Positions 49,770-58,655 of a stretch of 64,000 bases of DNA are shown here, one piece after another (the stretch's first letter is position 1; the number at the start of each line of letters is the position of its first letter). The translations under genes and the position numbers were made by a program. The stretch is from Pseudomonadota bacterium. Lineage in GTDB: Bacteria > Bdellovibrionota > Bdellovibrionia > Bdellovibrionales > Bdellovibrionaceae. The stretch is from positions 1 to 64,000 of the forward strand of contig JBEGVH010000013.1 in NCBI GenBank assembly GCA_041178425.1, read 5' to 3'. The notes below the pieces were generated by a model, which was given only the letters and a program-made list of their open reading frames with translations, had not been told where the DNA came from and made no database searches.

Positions 49770-50858
49770 ATGACAAAGCAGTCGTTTTTTGATCTTAATC
49801 TCTCAGATCTCGAAAAGTTCCTTAAGGGGTTGGGTAAGGAACAGTTTCGCGCACAGCAACTTTTTAAATGGGTTTATGAGAGAAGAATTTTCACTTTTGC
49901 AGAGATGACCAATTTATCAAAAAGTTTTCGAGAAGAATTGCCTGAAGTCCTGGATCTATCTCTTCCTCGTGTTGTCAGTCATCTCAAAAGCGCAATTGAT
50001 GGAACCCAGAAATTTTTGTTTGATGTTGGTGATGGGGATACCGTCGAGTCTGTTTTGATCCCTTCGGACGACCGATTGACCCTCTGTGTATCTAGTGAAG
50101 TAGGTTGTAATATGGCCTGCAAGTTTTGTTTTACGGCCAAACAAAAATTAAAAAAGCGATTAACGGCTGCGCAGATTGTAGGGCAATTTGTTCAAGTTTT
50201 GTTAACACTCCCAGAAGGACAGAGAATCAGTAATATTGTTTTTATGGGAATGGGTGAACCACTGGATAATCCCGAGGCTGTTTTTAAGGCTATCGAAATT
50301 CTTCATAGCGAGTGGGGACTAAACGTGTCCAGACGCAAGATCACAGTTTCAACCTCCGGTTTGGTCCCAGAGATGTGGAGGGTCGCAGACGCTAAGGTGC
50401 GATTGGCAGTAAGCTTAAATGGGTCATCAGATGAAATTCGCTCCCAAGTAATGCCAATCAATCGCAAGTATCCCATGGCAGAACTTCTTGAGGCATGCAG
50501 GGAACATGCGCGAAAAACTAAGGACAAGATCACGTTTGAGTACGTGTTACTTAAAGGTGTAACAGACTCGCTGGAGGATGCGCGCCGGCTCTATAAATTA
50601 ACTAAAAGTATTCCTTGTAAGATAAATATCATTCCGTTCAATGAACATCCACAGTCTGGTTATTTGCGCCCTAGTGATGAGACTATTAAAGCTTTCCAAG
50701 ATGAGCTTATCCGGCTTGGCGCTCACGTTCTCTTGAGAAAAACGATGGGTCGCGATATTTTTGCGGCTTGTGGTCAGCTTAACGCTACCTTTAAAAATCA
50801 TCCAGGGCGTCTTAATGTCAAAAAACAGATTGAAATTGATCAATTATCAGCTCATTGA
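49770..50858 (+). CDS. rlmN: Dual-specificity RNA methyltransferase RlmN
   Basis: CVSSEVGCNMACKFC radical-SAM motif, MGMGEP and AACGQL. Confidence 0.96.
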   Translation: MTKQSFFDLNLSDLEKFLKGLGKEQFRAQQLFKWVYERRIFTFAEMTNLSKSFREELPEVLDLSLPRVVSHLKSAIDGTQKFLFDVGDGDTVESVLIPSDDRLTLCVSSEVGCNMACKFCFTAKQKLKKRLTAAQIVGQFVQVLLTLPEGQRISNIVFMGMGEPLDNPEAVFKAIEILHSEWGLNVSRRKITVSTSGLVPEMWRVADAKVRLAVSLNGSSDEIRSQVMPINRKYPMAELLEACREHARKTKDKITFEYVLLKGVTDSLEDARRLYKLTKSIPCKINIIPFNEHPQSGYLRPSDETIKAFQDELIRLGAHVLLRKTMGRDIFAACGQLNATFKNHPGRLNVKKQIEIDQLSAH

Positions 50859-50900
50859 ATTCAAGGATTGTAATGCAAATATTTTTGGAAGGGGAAAGTT

Positions 50901-51812
50901 ATGAAAAATATCCTAGTCGTTGGTAGTTTGGCCTACGATAGTATCGAGACTCCACGGGGAAAAGTCGAAAAAACATTAGGTGGATCGGCCAATTATTTCG
51001 CAGTTGCTGCTTCAATGTACTCACCAGTGAGAGTGGTGGGAGTCGTCGGAGAAGATTATGCCGATTCTGATTTGGCTCTTCTCAGGGACCGCAACGTGGA
51101 TACCACTGGAATGGTTAAGACCGCTGGTAAAACCTTTCATTGGGAAGGTGCCTATGAAGGTGATATGAATGAGGCCAAAACACTAAAGACAGAATTAAAT
51201 GTTTTCGAGCACTTCAATCCAAAATTACCTGAATCCTATCGCTCCAGTGAATTTGTTTTTTTGGCTAACATTCATCCGGCGCTTCAAGCTCAAGTTCTGG
51301 AGCAAGTTCAAAATCCGCTTTTCGTAGGCTCTGACACCATGAATTTGTGGATCAATCATTTTCGTGAAGATCTTTTGAGAGTCTTGAAGCGGGTTAATAC
51401 GCTGCTAATCAATGAAGGCGAGGCTAAGCTATTAACTGGTGCCGCAAATGCGATCGCCGCGGCCTCAATGATTCTACAATTGGGGCCCAAAAATGTGGTT
51501 ATTAAAAGAGGCGAGTACGGCTTTTTGATGTTTGGTCCAGAGGGATACTTTATGCTTCCGGCTGTGCCAGTAAGTGATGTCGTCGATCCAACTGGTGCTG
51601 GAGATACCTTTGCTGGTGGTTTTTACGGATACCTAGCAAAACATGCAACGGGGCCGATTGATACTAAGACGCTCAAGGCGGCATGTATTCATGGTTCTGT
51701 AATGGCAAGCTTTACAGTACAAGGCTTTGGTCTTGCTGCCTTGGCAAAAGTAACTCAACAAGATATTCAAACAAGATTAAATCTCTTCGAACAAGCCACG
51801 CGTCATCCTTAA
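50901..51812 (+). CDS. PfkB family carbohydrate/nucleoside kinase
   Basis: GGSA, NEGEA, KRGEYG and DPTGAGDTFAGG motifs. Confidence 0.92.
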   Translation: MKNILVVGSLAYDSIETPRGKVEKTLGGSANYFAVAASMYSPVRVVGVVGEDYADSDLALLRDRNVDTTGMVKTAGKTFHWEGAYEGDMNEAKTLKTELNVFEHFNPKLPESYRSSEFVFLANIHPALQAQVLEQVQNPLFVGSDTMNLWINHFREDLLRVLKRVNTLLINEGEAKLLTGAANAIAAASMILQLGPKNVVIKRGEYGFLMFGPEGYFMLPAVPVSDVVDPTGAGDTFAGGFYGYLAKHATGPIDTKTLKAACIHGSVMASFTVQGFGLAALAKVTQQDIQTRLNLFEQATRHP

Positions 51813-51825
51813 TCTCATTTTCCGG

Positions 51826-51861
51826 AGGCCCTGTATCGAAATAAGACAGGGTTTCACTTTT
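51826..51861 (+). terminator. Probable terminator after the PfkB gene
   Basis: CCCTGT-N11-ACAGGG stem followed by T-rich sequence. Confidence 0.45.
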
Positions 51862-51910
51862 TCGAATTCTTGATTTGTACCATTATTCTACTCCTTCCTG
51901 GTCTGGTGTC

Positions 51911-51938
51911 TCAAGTTTGAATGAGAAAGAGCCGATAG
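51911..51938 (+). promoter_or_regulatory. Putative sigma28 (FliA) promoter
   Basis: TCAA(GTTT)-N16-GCCGATAG, 12 nt before ATG 51951. Confidence 0.6.
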
Positions 51939-51950
51939 TAATCAGGAACA

Positions 51951-52823
51951 ATGAATACAAAAAAGCGTAATAACCCATTTCAAAAAAGTGTGGAGGAATC
52001 CATCTTAGAAGCCGTTACGAGGCTTCAAAAAGATGAAGATTCCTCCGATCCTTTTGCGGGTGCGAAGCCTATTGAGGGGTTCAAAGTCGACCCCCCACCA
52101 TCAGTTCCCTTCGGAGCCCCGGAATTTAGATCAGATCAAATTGAAGATTCTCCCCTCGAGGCCTTTGAGATTAAACAAAGATCTCAGCCTATTAGTAAGG
52201 GGTCAGGTTCAGAGGATTATCAAGCCGTTCAGTTAAAGCTCCTGGAGTCGGATCATCTCAAAATTGCGCAGCAGAGGATCGAAGATTTAGAACGTGAAAT
52301 TGAGAGACTGAGGCTCGAAAATGAAAAATTGGGCTCCGCGACTGATCTTTTCCAAAAGCGTGGAGAAGAAAGTCTCGCGGCTAAACAGGAAGTCGAAAAA
52401 AAACTCTCCTTTTTGGAGGAGCGATTTGCAGAAGAGCGGCTATCATTCAAGGGGCATATCGAAAAGCGAGATCTTCAAATCCAAGAATTAAAAGAAAAAT
52501 TAGAAGAATTAGAAAATCGACTCTCCGTAGATGTTCGAAAGTCTAGAAGTCGAGAGAGAGAACTAGAAAATCGCCTAGAACTGGCCCGAATGGAGAAAAT
52601 ATCCTTGGTAGGGTCGAAAGACGAGATTATCTTGGATTTGAAACGGCAAGTAGATCAGTTGAACCACGAAATTGGAAATTATCGAAGGAAGACCGCAGAG
52701 ATGAATCAGTCCATCGAAGCCAATCAAGAGCAATTTCGTCGCACTGTCAGGGCTTTACGCCTTGCCTTGACAAATCTTGAGGTCAACGAGCAGATTGGGA
52801 GCCGTTCAAAAAAGGCGGAGTAA
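51951..52823 (+). CDS. Hypothetical long coiled-coil protein
   Basis: Disordered N-terminus followed by E/K/R/L heptads (RERELENRLEL). Confidence 0.8.
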   Translation: MNTKKRNNPFQKSVEESILEAVTRLQKDEDSSDPFAGAKPIEGFKVDPPPSVPFGAPEFRSDQIEDSPLEAFEIKQRSQPISKGSGSEDYQAVQLKLLESDHLKIAQQRIEDLEREIERLRLENEKLGSATDLFQKRGEESLAAKQEVEKKLSFLEERFAEERLSFKGHIEKRDLQIQELKEKLEELENRLSVDVRKSRSRERELENRLELARMEKISLVGSKDEIILDLKRQVDQLNHEIGNYRRKTAEMNQSIEANQEQFRRTVRALRLALTNLEVNEQIGSRSKKAE

Positions 52824-52826
52824 TCC

Positions 52827-53966
52827 TTGGATACGGTAATTGAAAACCAAAATAATGAGTCTATCGCAAACGTATCACAGAAGCCTGTGAAAAAAATCAA
52901 GTTGGTCATTAGTGATTTACATTTGGGCAAAGGAAAGTTTTTGCCGGATGGCGGAATTAATGCTCTTGAAGAGTTTCAATATGGAGATAAACTTGTTGAG
53001 TTTATAAATTACTATTCCTCCGGTCAATTTAAAGACTTTGATGTTGAGATTATCATTAATGGCGACTTTCTTAACTTTTTACAGGTTGATTTTCGAGGTC
53101 ATTTTTTAAAAGTCATTACTGAAGAAATTGCGGTGGAGATACTCAAGTCTATCGTAAAAGGTCATCCCAATGTTTTTAAAGCAATGCGTGATTTTGCGGG
53201 TAACCCAAGGCACACAATTACTTATGTTACAGGAAATCATGACCAAGCTATGTTGTGGCCGGGCACTCGTGCTTATCTGGATGAAGTGGTGGGTGTTCCG
53301 ATTCGCTATAAGAACATTGTTTACTTTTTTGATGGAGTGCACATTGAACATGGGCACATGCATGAACCCGCTAATCGTTTAGATCCCAAAAGATTTTTTC
53401 TTAAAAAAGATTTACCGGAACCTATTCTCAATTTACCTTTTGGGTCGCATTTTTTTATCGATTTCGTGTTAAAGGTTAAAGATAAATTCCCCTATGTGGA
53501 TAAGATTCGTCCATTTCCAAAGATGATTAGGTGGATGCTAATTAATGAGACTCGTTTTGGATTATTGACCTTATGGCGTCTTTTTAGTTATTTCACTCGA
53601 GAAATTTTCACTAAAACATCGCGCCAAAGGTGGTCTATTAAGACCCTGATTAAAGTGGTTTTGGAAAATGCAGTTTTTGGCAGCCTCGAGGATTCAGCCA
53701 AAAAGATTTTGGATGATTCTAGAGTTCATACGACGATCTTTGGGCACACCCATGTTTACTGGTATAAGCAGTGGTCTAGTGAACAAGAATATTTTAATAC
53801 AGGTACCTGGACTGAAGTCACGTCACTCGACATTGAGTCGCTTGGTAAGATCACAAAACTCACTTATGTCCTTCTTGAATATCCAGAAGATGGCGGACGG
53901 CCCCACGGACGTCTGAAAGAATGGAAAGGGTATTACAGAATTGAAGAAGATGTGGGCATATCATAA
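52827..53966 (+). CDS. Calcineurin-like metallophosphoesterase (LpxH/YbbF-like motif set)
   Basis: SDLHLG, NGDF, GNHD, HGH, GHTH and NTGTW motifs. Confidence 0.88.
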   Translation: MDTVIENQNNESIANVSQKPVKKIKLVISDLHLGKGKFLPDGGINALEEFQYGDKLVEFINYYSSGQFKDFDVEIIINGDFLNFLQVDFRGHFLKVITEEIAVEILKSIVKGHPNVFKAMRDFAGNPRHTITYVTGNHDQAMLWPGTRAYLDEVVGVPIRYKNIVYFFDGVHIEHGHMHEPANRLDPKRFFLKKDLPEPILNLPFGSHFFIDFVLKVKDKFPYVDKIRPFPKMIRWMLINETRFGLLTLWRLFSYFTREIFTKTSRQRWSIKTLIKVVLENAVFGSLEDSAKKILDDSRVHTTIFGHTHVYWYKQWSSEQEYFNTGTWTEVTSLDIESLGKITKLTYVLLEYPEDGGRPHGRLKEWKGYYRIEEDVGIS

Positions 53967-54060
53967 ACAAAATTTGATTACATATGGGCGCAATTGGACT
54001 TAGGACAATTGTTAACTGTTGGATATTGTTTTATCTTTCCTAAGTAGGTAATCTAAAAGC

Positions 54061-55008
54061 ATGAGTCAAACCAATTCTAATGGATCCGGAAATAGTGGCG
54101 ACAATGAGACAGAGAAAACGGTTTTTTCTCAGGACACATTTCATGGAAAAATGCAAAGTGCGGAAAAAACCCCGCCAACGATTGTTATTTTAATTGGCCC
54201 CCCCGGATATACTGGTAAACAGTGGTCTCTGGTTAAGTCTGAGACAATCGCAGGCCGTTCAATTGAATGTTCGGTCTTTATCGACGATAGAAGTTTAAGT
54301 CGTCAGCATTGTCGCTTTATGTTGATGGGGAATGACGTTTCGGTGGTTGATATGGGTTCAACCAATAAAACAGCCGTAAACGGGATTCTATTGCAGCCCC
54401 TTGTCCCGCATCGACTCAAAAATAATGATCAAGTAAAAACCGGAAATGTTGTTTTTAAATTTCTCGAAAGAGGTAGTCTTGAGGCGCTCTCCACTCAGGA
54501 GTTTCAAGAACGTGTCACTAAGGATGTTCTAACAGGTGCCTATACAAAATCAGAGTTACTGCAGCGAGCTCCAGAGTTGATGAAGAGATCGGAGACTCTT
54601 GGCGATCCACTTTCTATGGTAGTATTCGACATAGACTTTTTTAAAAAGGTCAACGATACCTATGGGCATCCAGGCGGAGATTATGTTTTGCGAGAGCTAG
54701 GCAGAGTTGTGGGAACGAAGCTTGTGAGGTCACAAGACTATTTTGCAAGATTTGGCGGGGAAGAGTTTATCATCCTTCTCTTAGGAAGTAATTCTCGTCA
54801 GGCCTGGGATGTTGCAGAGCGAATTCGTCAAACAGTACAGGGCCACAGTTTTGTCTACGAAGGCAAGCACATACCGGTGACAGTGTCCCTTGGTGTGGCG
54901 GAGCGGTTGCCTTCCGAAAAAAACTGGGAACAATTATTTGATCGCGCAGACAAAGCTCTTTATCAATCTAAGAAAACTGGTCGTAATAAAGTGACAGTAG
55001 CAAATTGA
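54061..55008 (+). CDS. dgcB: FHA-GGDEF diguanylate cyclase (DgcB-type)
   Basis: N-terminal tail with EKT; FHA motifs GR, SRQH and STN.T.VNG; DIDFFKKVNDTYGH, RSQD I-site and GGEEF. Confidence 0.85.
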   Translation: MSQTNSNGSGNSGDNETEKTVFSQDTFHGKMQSAEKTPPTIVILIGPPGYTGKQWSLVKSETIAGRSIECSVFIDDRSLSRQHCRFMLMGNDVSVVDMGSTNKTAVNGILLQPLVPHRLKNNDQVKTGNVVFKFLERGSLEALSTQEFQERVTKDVLTGAYTKSELLQRAPELMKRSETLGDPLSMVVFDIDFFKKVNDTYGHPGGDYVLRELGRVVGTKLVRSQDYFARFGGEEFIILLLGSNSRQAWDVAERIRQTVQGHSFVYEGKHIPVTVSLGVAERLPSEKNWEQLFDRADKALYQSKKTGRNKVTVAN

Positions 55009-55022
55009 CGCTTATTCAAGTT

Positions 55023-55053
55023 AAAAAGGAGCCCCAGCGGGCTCCTTTTTTTT
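55023..55053. terminator. Bidirectional terminator between dgcB and pdo
   Basis: AAAAAGGAGCCC-CAGC-GGGCTCCTTTTT hairpin. Confidence 0.9.
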
Positions 55054-55068
55054 AGCAAAGACGAACGA

Positions 55069-55929
55069 TTATCGTATTGGAATCTTAAGATAGCGAGCCC
55101 CATTTTTTTCTTCATCTGGGAGGCTGCCTGCATTGATATTTACTTGCACCGACTGAAGAAGTAAGCGTGGCGCGGCCAGGTTTTTATCGCGTTGGTTTCT
55201 CGCGGTAACATACTCTTCTTTCGAGGTACTTTCTTTCAATTGAATATTATTTTTCTTTTCAGCGCCAATCGTTGACTGACATTCAACCTGAGTTCTGCCC
55301 TGAGGATAATCATGACCTACAAACACTCGAGTGTTATCTGGTAGTTCGTAAAGTCGTCCGTGAATAGAGTCATAGAGATCTTTAGCGCTTCCGGCTGGAA
55401 AATCGCAGCGACCCGTTCCTACATCAGGCATGAATAAAGCATCGCCGGTAAAAAGAGCATCTTTGATGAGGTAACTTGCACATGCAGGAGTGTGCCCTGG
55501 GGTGAAAATAGTTTTCACATTAATTGTTCCTGCCTTTATGTTGGCTCCATCCTCCAGGAGTTGATCGAATTGACTGCCATCAATTTTAAAATCTTCATGC
55601 AAATTGAAAATCCCTTTAAATAACTTTTGAACATCTCGAATTCTTGAACCTATGGCTACTTTCGCTTGAGGGTAACGCTTTTTAAGAGCTTGTGACCCGG
55701 AAAGGTGGTCGGCGTGAGCATGAGTTTCTAAAATGAAATGGACCTTTAAATGGTGGGAATCAATAAATTGACTGACCAACTCCACCGATTGGAAGGAGAC
55801 TTTCGATGCTGCGGAGTCGTAATCCATCACAGGATCAATAACGAGAGCATCTCTAGTGTCTCCATCATAAACAACGTAGGTGATGGTGAAAGTTGCCGGA
55901 TCGAAAAAGTCTTTAATCTGCAAGTTCAT
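55069..55929 (-). CDS. Persulfide dioxygenase (MBL fold, ETHE1/Blh/PDO family)
   Basis: LETHAHADHLS, TPGHTPAC, GDALF..D.GTGRCDFP, GHDY and APRLLLQSVQVNI motifs. Confidence 0.9.
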   Translation of the reverse strand: MNLQIKDFFDPATFTITYVVYDGDTRDALVIDPVMDYDSAASKVSFQSVELVSQFIDSHHLKVHFILETHAHADHLSGSQALKKRYPQAKVAIGSRIRDVQKLFKGIFNLHEDFKIDGSQFDQLLEDGANIKAGTINVKTIFTPGHTPACASYLIKDALFTGDALFMPDVGTGRCDFPAGSAKDLYDSIHGRLYELPDNTRVFVGHDYPQGRTQVECQSTIGAEKKNNIQLKESTSKEEYVTARNQRDKNLAAPRLLLQSVQVNINAGSLPDEEKNGARYLKIPIR

Positions 55930-55976
55930 AACAGCTCCTTATGATATACAGACTAAACAATTTAATCTGGTCAAAC

Positions 55977-55992
55977 TATGCTCCAAGACATA
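55977..55992 (-). promoter_or_regulatory. Putative Crp/Fnr-type operator upstream of pdo
   Basis: Minus strand TATGT-CTTGGA-GCATA; the -10-like TAGTCT lies 21 nt downstream; a matching copy is at 58581. Confidence 0.55.
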
Positions 55993-56013
55993 AAAGTTTG
56001 AAAACAAAGAACT

Positions 56014-57273
56014 CTAGAGGCGACCTTTCAGCATCCCCCACCAGTACATGATAGGAAGTAAGTACCTTTTTAAAACCCAAAAACTAAAGCGCTCTTTGGT
56101 TGCGTCTATGGGAAAACTAGGAAGTAATTTTCCATCGTAGCCAAATTCAGCAAGAATAACGGTGCTACGACTTGTCACGAGAGGGCAAGAAGAGTAGCCA
56201 TCGTACTTCCGTTGTGGCCGTCGTCCGTTTATTACATCGGTTAAATTTTCGATGAGCAGAGGCGCTTGCTTTCTGATGGCGGCTCCCGTTTTGGCATTAG
56301 GAATACCTGTGACATCGCCTATTCCAAATACGTTTGGGTAGTTAGGAGATTGCAGGGTGTACTGATCAACCTGTAACCATCCTTTTTGAGGTCCTTCAGC
56401 CCACGCGAGAGGGCTGTTTGAAACAAAATCAGGAGCACTATTTGGTGGAACTACATGAAGTAAATCGTACTTAATTTCGGTGCGTTCTCCGAGATGCGGA
56501 TCCACAGGCTGAGGAGTAGGGGCGCAACCGGGAGCGACTGGTGCTGGAGGTGGAGCGACTTTTTCAAAAATAGCTATCTTCTCAGTGGCCCTGACCTCTA
56601 CAAGCTTTTGTAAGAAGTGGGTTTTTATATGTCGTTGCTCAACCACTTTATCAAGGCTTTTTGCAAAAGCAGGTATTCCAAAAATCGTCGGCCCATTAGC
56701 GTAATAGTGGACTTCGCACTTATCCCTAATACCCTCGAGCCTAAAGATTTCTTCGGTGAGGTACATAATCTTTTGTGGTGCGCCAGCACATTTGATCGGC
56801 ATAGGAGGTATTGTAAACAGAGCCGCGCCCCCGTTGAACGAATGGATTTGCTGAAAAGTTTTCTCTGCTTGTTCATAATCATAAATTGAGCAAAGGCCAT
56901 TTTTTCCAAGGTTTCCAACAACGCCTTTAATTTTTTCGAAATCAACTTTTAGGCCAGGAGAGAGAATTAGATAGTCATAGCTAATAATTTGATTATTTGA
57001 AATCTTCACGCCATTTTGATCAGGTAAAAGTTCGATGACTCTATCCTTCAGCAAGGTGACTCCGCTGGGGATAACGTCGACCATTGGTTTTTTAGTGGTC
57101 TCTTTGGGAACAAGTCCTGCTCCAACAAGGGTCCACAATGGTTGATAAAAGTGAAAGTCAGCGGGTTCAATCAAGGCTACTCGGTCGTTAGGAAACCGTT
57201 TGCGTAGGCGAGCCGCAACACTAATTCCCCCTGTGCCTCCGCCAACAATTAAAAACCTGTAACGATCTGACAT
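56014..57273 (-). CDS. sqr: Sulfide:quinone oxidoreductase (type II-like)
   Basis: GGGTGG, YQPLWTLVGAG, KCAGAPQK (Cys), YDLLHVVPP, KTGAAIRKQ and YDGYSSCPL (Cys) motifs. Confidence 0.92.
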   Translation of the reverse strand: MSDRYRFLIVGGGTGGISVAARLRKRFPNDRVALIEPADFHFYQPLWTLVGAGLVPKETTKKPMVDVIPSGVTLLKDRVIELLPDQNGVKISNNQIISYDYLILSPGLKVDFEKIKGVVGNLGKNGLCSIYDYEQAEKTFQQIHSFNGGAALFTIPPMPIKCAGAPQKIMYLTEEIFRLEGIRDKCEVHYYANGPTIFGIPAFAKSLDKVVEQRHIKTHFLQKLVEVRATEKIAIFEKVAPPPAPVAPGCAPTPQPVDPHLGERTEIKYDLLHVVPPNSAPDFVSNSPLAWAEGPQKGWLQVDQYTLQSPNYPNVFGIGDVTGIPNAKTGAAIRKQAPLLIENLTDVINGRRPQRKYDGYSSCPLVTSRSTVILAEFGYDGKLLPSFPIDATKERFSFWVLKRYLLPIMYWWGMLKGRL

Positions 57274-57299
57274 GCAAACACTCCTTGTTTAGCCTGAGA

Positions 57300-57737
57300 C
57301 TACTTTGTAAATGGTAACCTATTTTGAACCTTTCTGTACAGAGCCATTCCCACCAGCATGGCACCAAGAAAAATAAAAGGATTTAAAGAAAAGTTTGCTA
57401 CTGAGGTTAAGGCTGGTCCCGGGCAATATCCTCCCAGACCCCATCCTATCCCAAAAATAGACGCTCCGATGATGAGAGAAGAGGTGATGTCACTTCGATT
57501 GGGAACTTGAAAAGAATCTGTAAAAAGGGGAGCACTAAACTTTGGTTTGATGAAAAAATAATAACTCGAATGAACGGCGATTGCCCCTATCATAACGAGG
57601 ATGAGGCTCGGATCCCAGTTGTAAAACAAATTGAGAAATCCAATCACTTTTTGAGGTTGAAGCATACCTGAAATGCTAAGACCAACAGAGAAAAGTAATC
57701 CGACAAAATAGGATACGATAATATTTTTTATCTTCAT
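57300..57737 (-). CDS. YeeE/YedE-family sulfur transporter subunit (PmpB-like)
   Basis: GL.ISGM.QP.KV.GFL...WDPSL and FGIGWGLGGYCPGPAL motifs. Confidence 0.9.
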   Translation of the reverse strand: MKIKNIIVSYFVGLLFSVGLSISGMLQPQKVIGFLNLFYNWDPSLILVMIGAIAVHSSYYFFIKPKFSAPLFTDSFQVPNRSDITSSLIIGASIFGIGWGLGGYCPGPALTSVANFSLNPFIFLGAMLVGMALYRKVQNRLPFTK

Positions 57738-57750
57738 GTCTTTCCTAACT

Positions 57751-58179
57751 TTACCTTGTTAACCATTGTTTTAATGTGACGGTGAAAACTCCTGCACTAA
57801 TAAACACAATGGTGGCTACAATAGAGCGTTTTGATAGTCGGCTAATTCCACAGACTCCATGACCACTCGTGCAGCCGTTACCCATGATGGTGCCAAACCC
57901 AACTAGCAAGCCTGCAACTGCAATAATCAAGGTGCTATTGCCCGATTTATCGTTAAAGCTTTCTGGATTTGCAATTTTCATCAAAAGTCCACCCGTGAGG
58001 AGTCCAAAGATAAAGAAAATTCTCCATGCCCAGTCTCCAGGGACTATTTTGAAGGCTCCGTTAATAATACCACTGATGCCTGCAATTCTGCCGTTAAAGT
58101 GCATCATAATTACCGTTGCAAGTCCTATGATTACACCACCAATAAGAGCATTAACTAATTCGTTATTCATGGCGATCAT
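57751..58179 (-). CDS. YeeE/YedE-family sulfur transporter subunit (PmpA-like)
   Basis: GG..IG, GRIAGISGI and GLLVGFGT..GNGCTSGHGVCGISRLS.RS motifs. Confidence 0.92.
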   Translation of the reverse strand: MIAMNNELVNALIGGVIIGLATVIMMHFNGRIAGISGIINGAFKIVPGDWAWRIFFIFGLLTGGLLMKIANPESFNDKSGNSTLIIAVAGLLVGFGTIMGNGCTSGHGVCGISRLSKRSIVATIVFISAGVFTVTLKQWLTR

Positions 58180-58532
58180 CTCGAAACCGGCAAACTGAAA
58201 TCATTCCAGCGAATCATGCCTCCGGTCATATTAAAGGCACTTTTGAAGCCTAATTCTCTTGCCACAATAGTGGCATTTCCCGAGCGGGCCCCACTTCTGC
58301 AGATAAAAATGATTGTTTCATTTTTATCTGAATGAGTATTTAAAAACTCTTCAAGATCTGGCCCGAGTGTTATAAGTCGCGCGCCTTCGATGTGACCAAG
58401 CTCGCCATTAAATTCATCGGGTCTACGAACATCAATGAGCTTAAGATTCGTGGCATGTTTTTGAACTTCGGCCACGTCAATTTCAGGAATGCCATTGCGT
58501 ACAAATGTGTTTAGGGAAAGTCCTGTAGTCAT
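58176..58532 (-). CDS. Single-domain rhodanese (sulfurtransferase)
   Basis: IDVR.PDEF.G.LGHI.GA, active loop CRSGARS and GGM..W motifs. Confidence 0.92.
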   Translation of the reverse strand: MTTGLSLNTFVRNGIPEIDVAEVQKHATNLKLIDVRRPDEFNGELGHIEGARLITLGPDLEEFLNTHSDKNETIIFICRSGARSGNATIVARELGFKSAFNMTGGMIRWNDFSLPVSR

Positions 58533-58580
58533 TAATCACTCCTTGTCACTTTAGATTTATCGAAAAATAGAATTATTAAC

Positions 58581-58596
58581 CATGCTCTGAAACATA
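58581..58596 (-). promoter_or_regulatory. Putative Crp/Fnr-type operator upstream of the rhodanese-yeeE-yeeE-sqr unit
   Basis: Minus strand TATGT-TTCAGA-GCATG; within 1 nt of the same distance to the start codon as the pdo copy. Confidence 0.55.
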
Positions 58597-58655
58597 ATGT
58601 TTTAAAACTAATTTATTAACAATAAAATATTGAATTTATTGAGATTTTTACTGTT

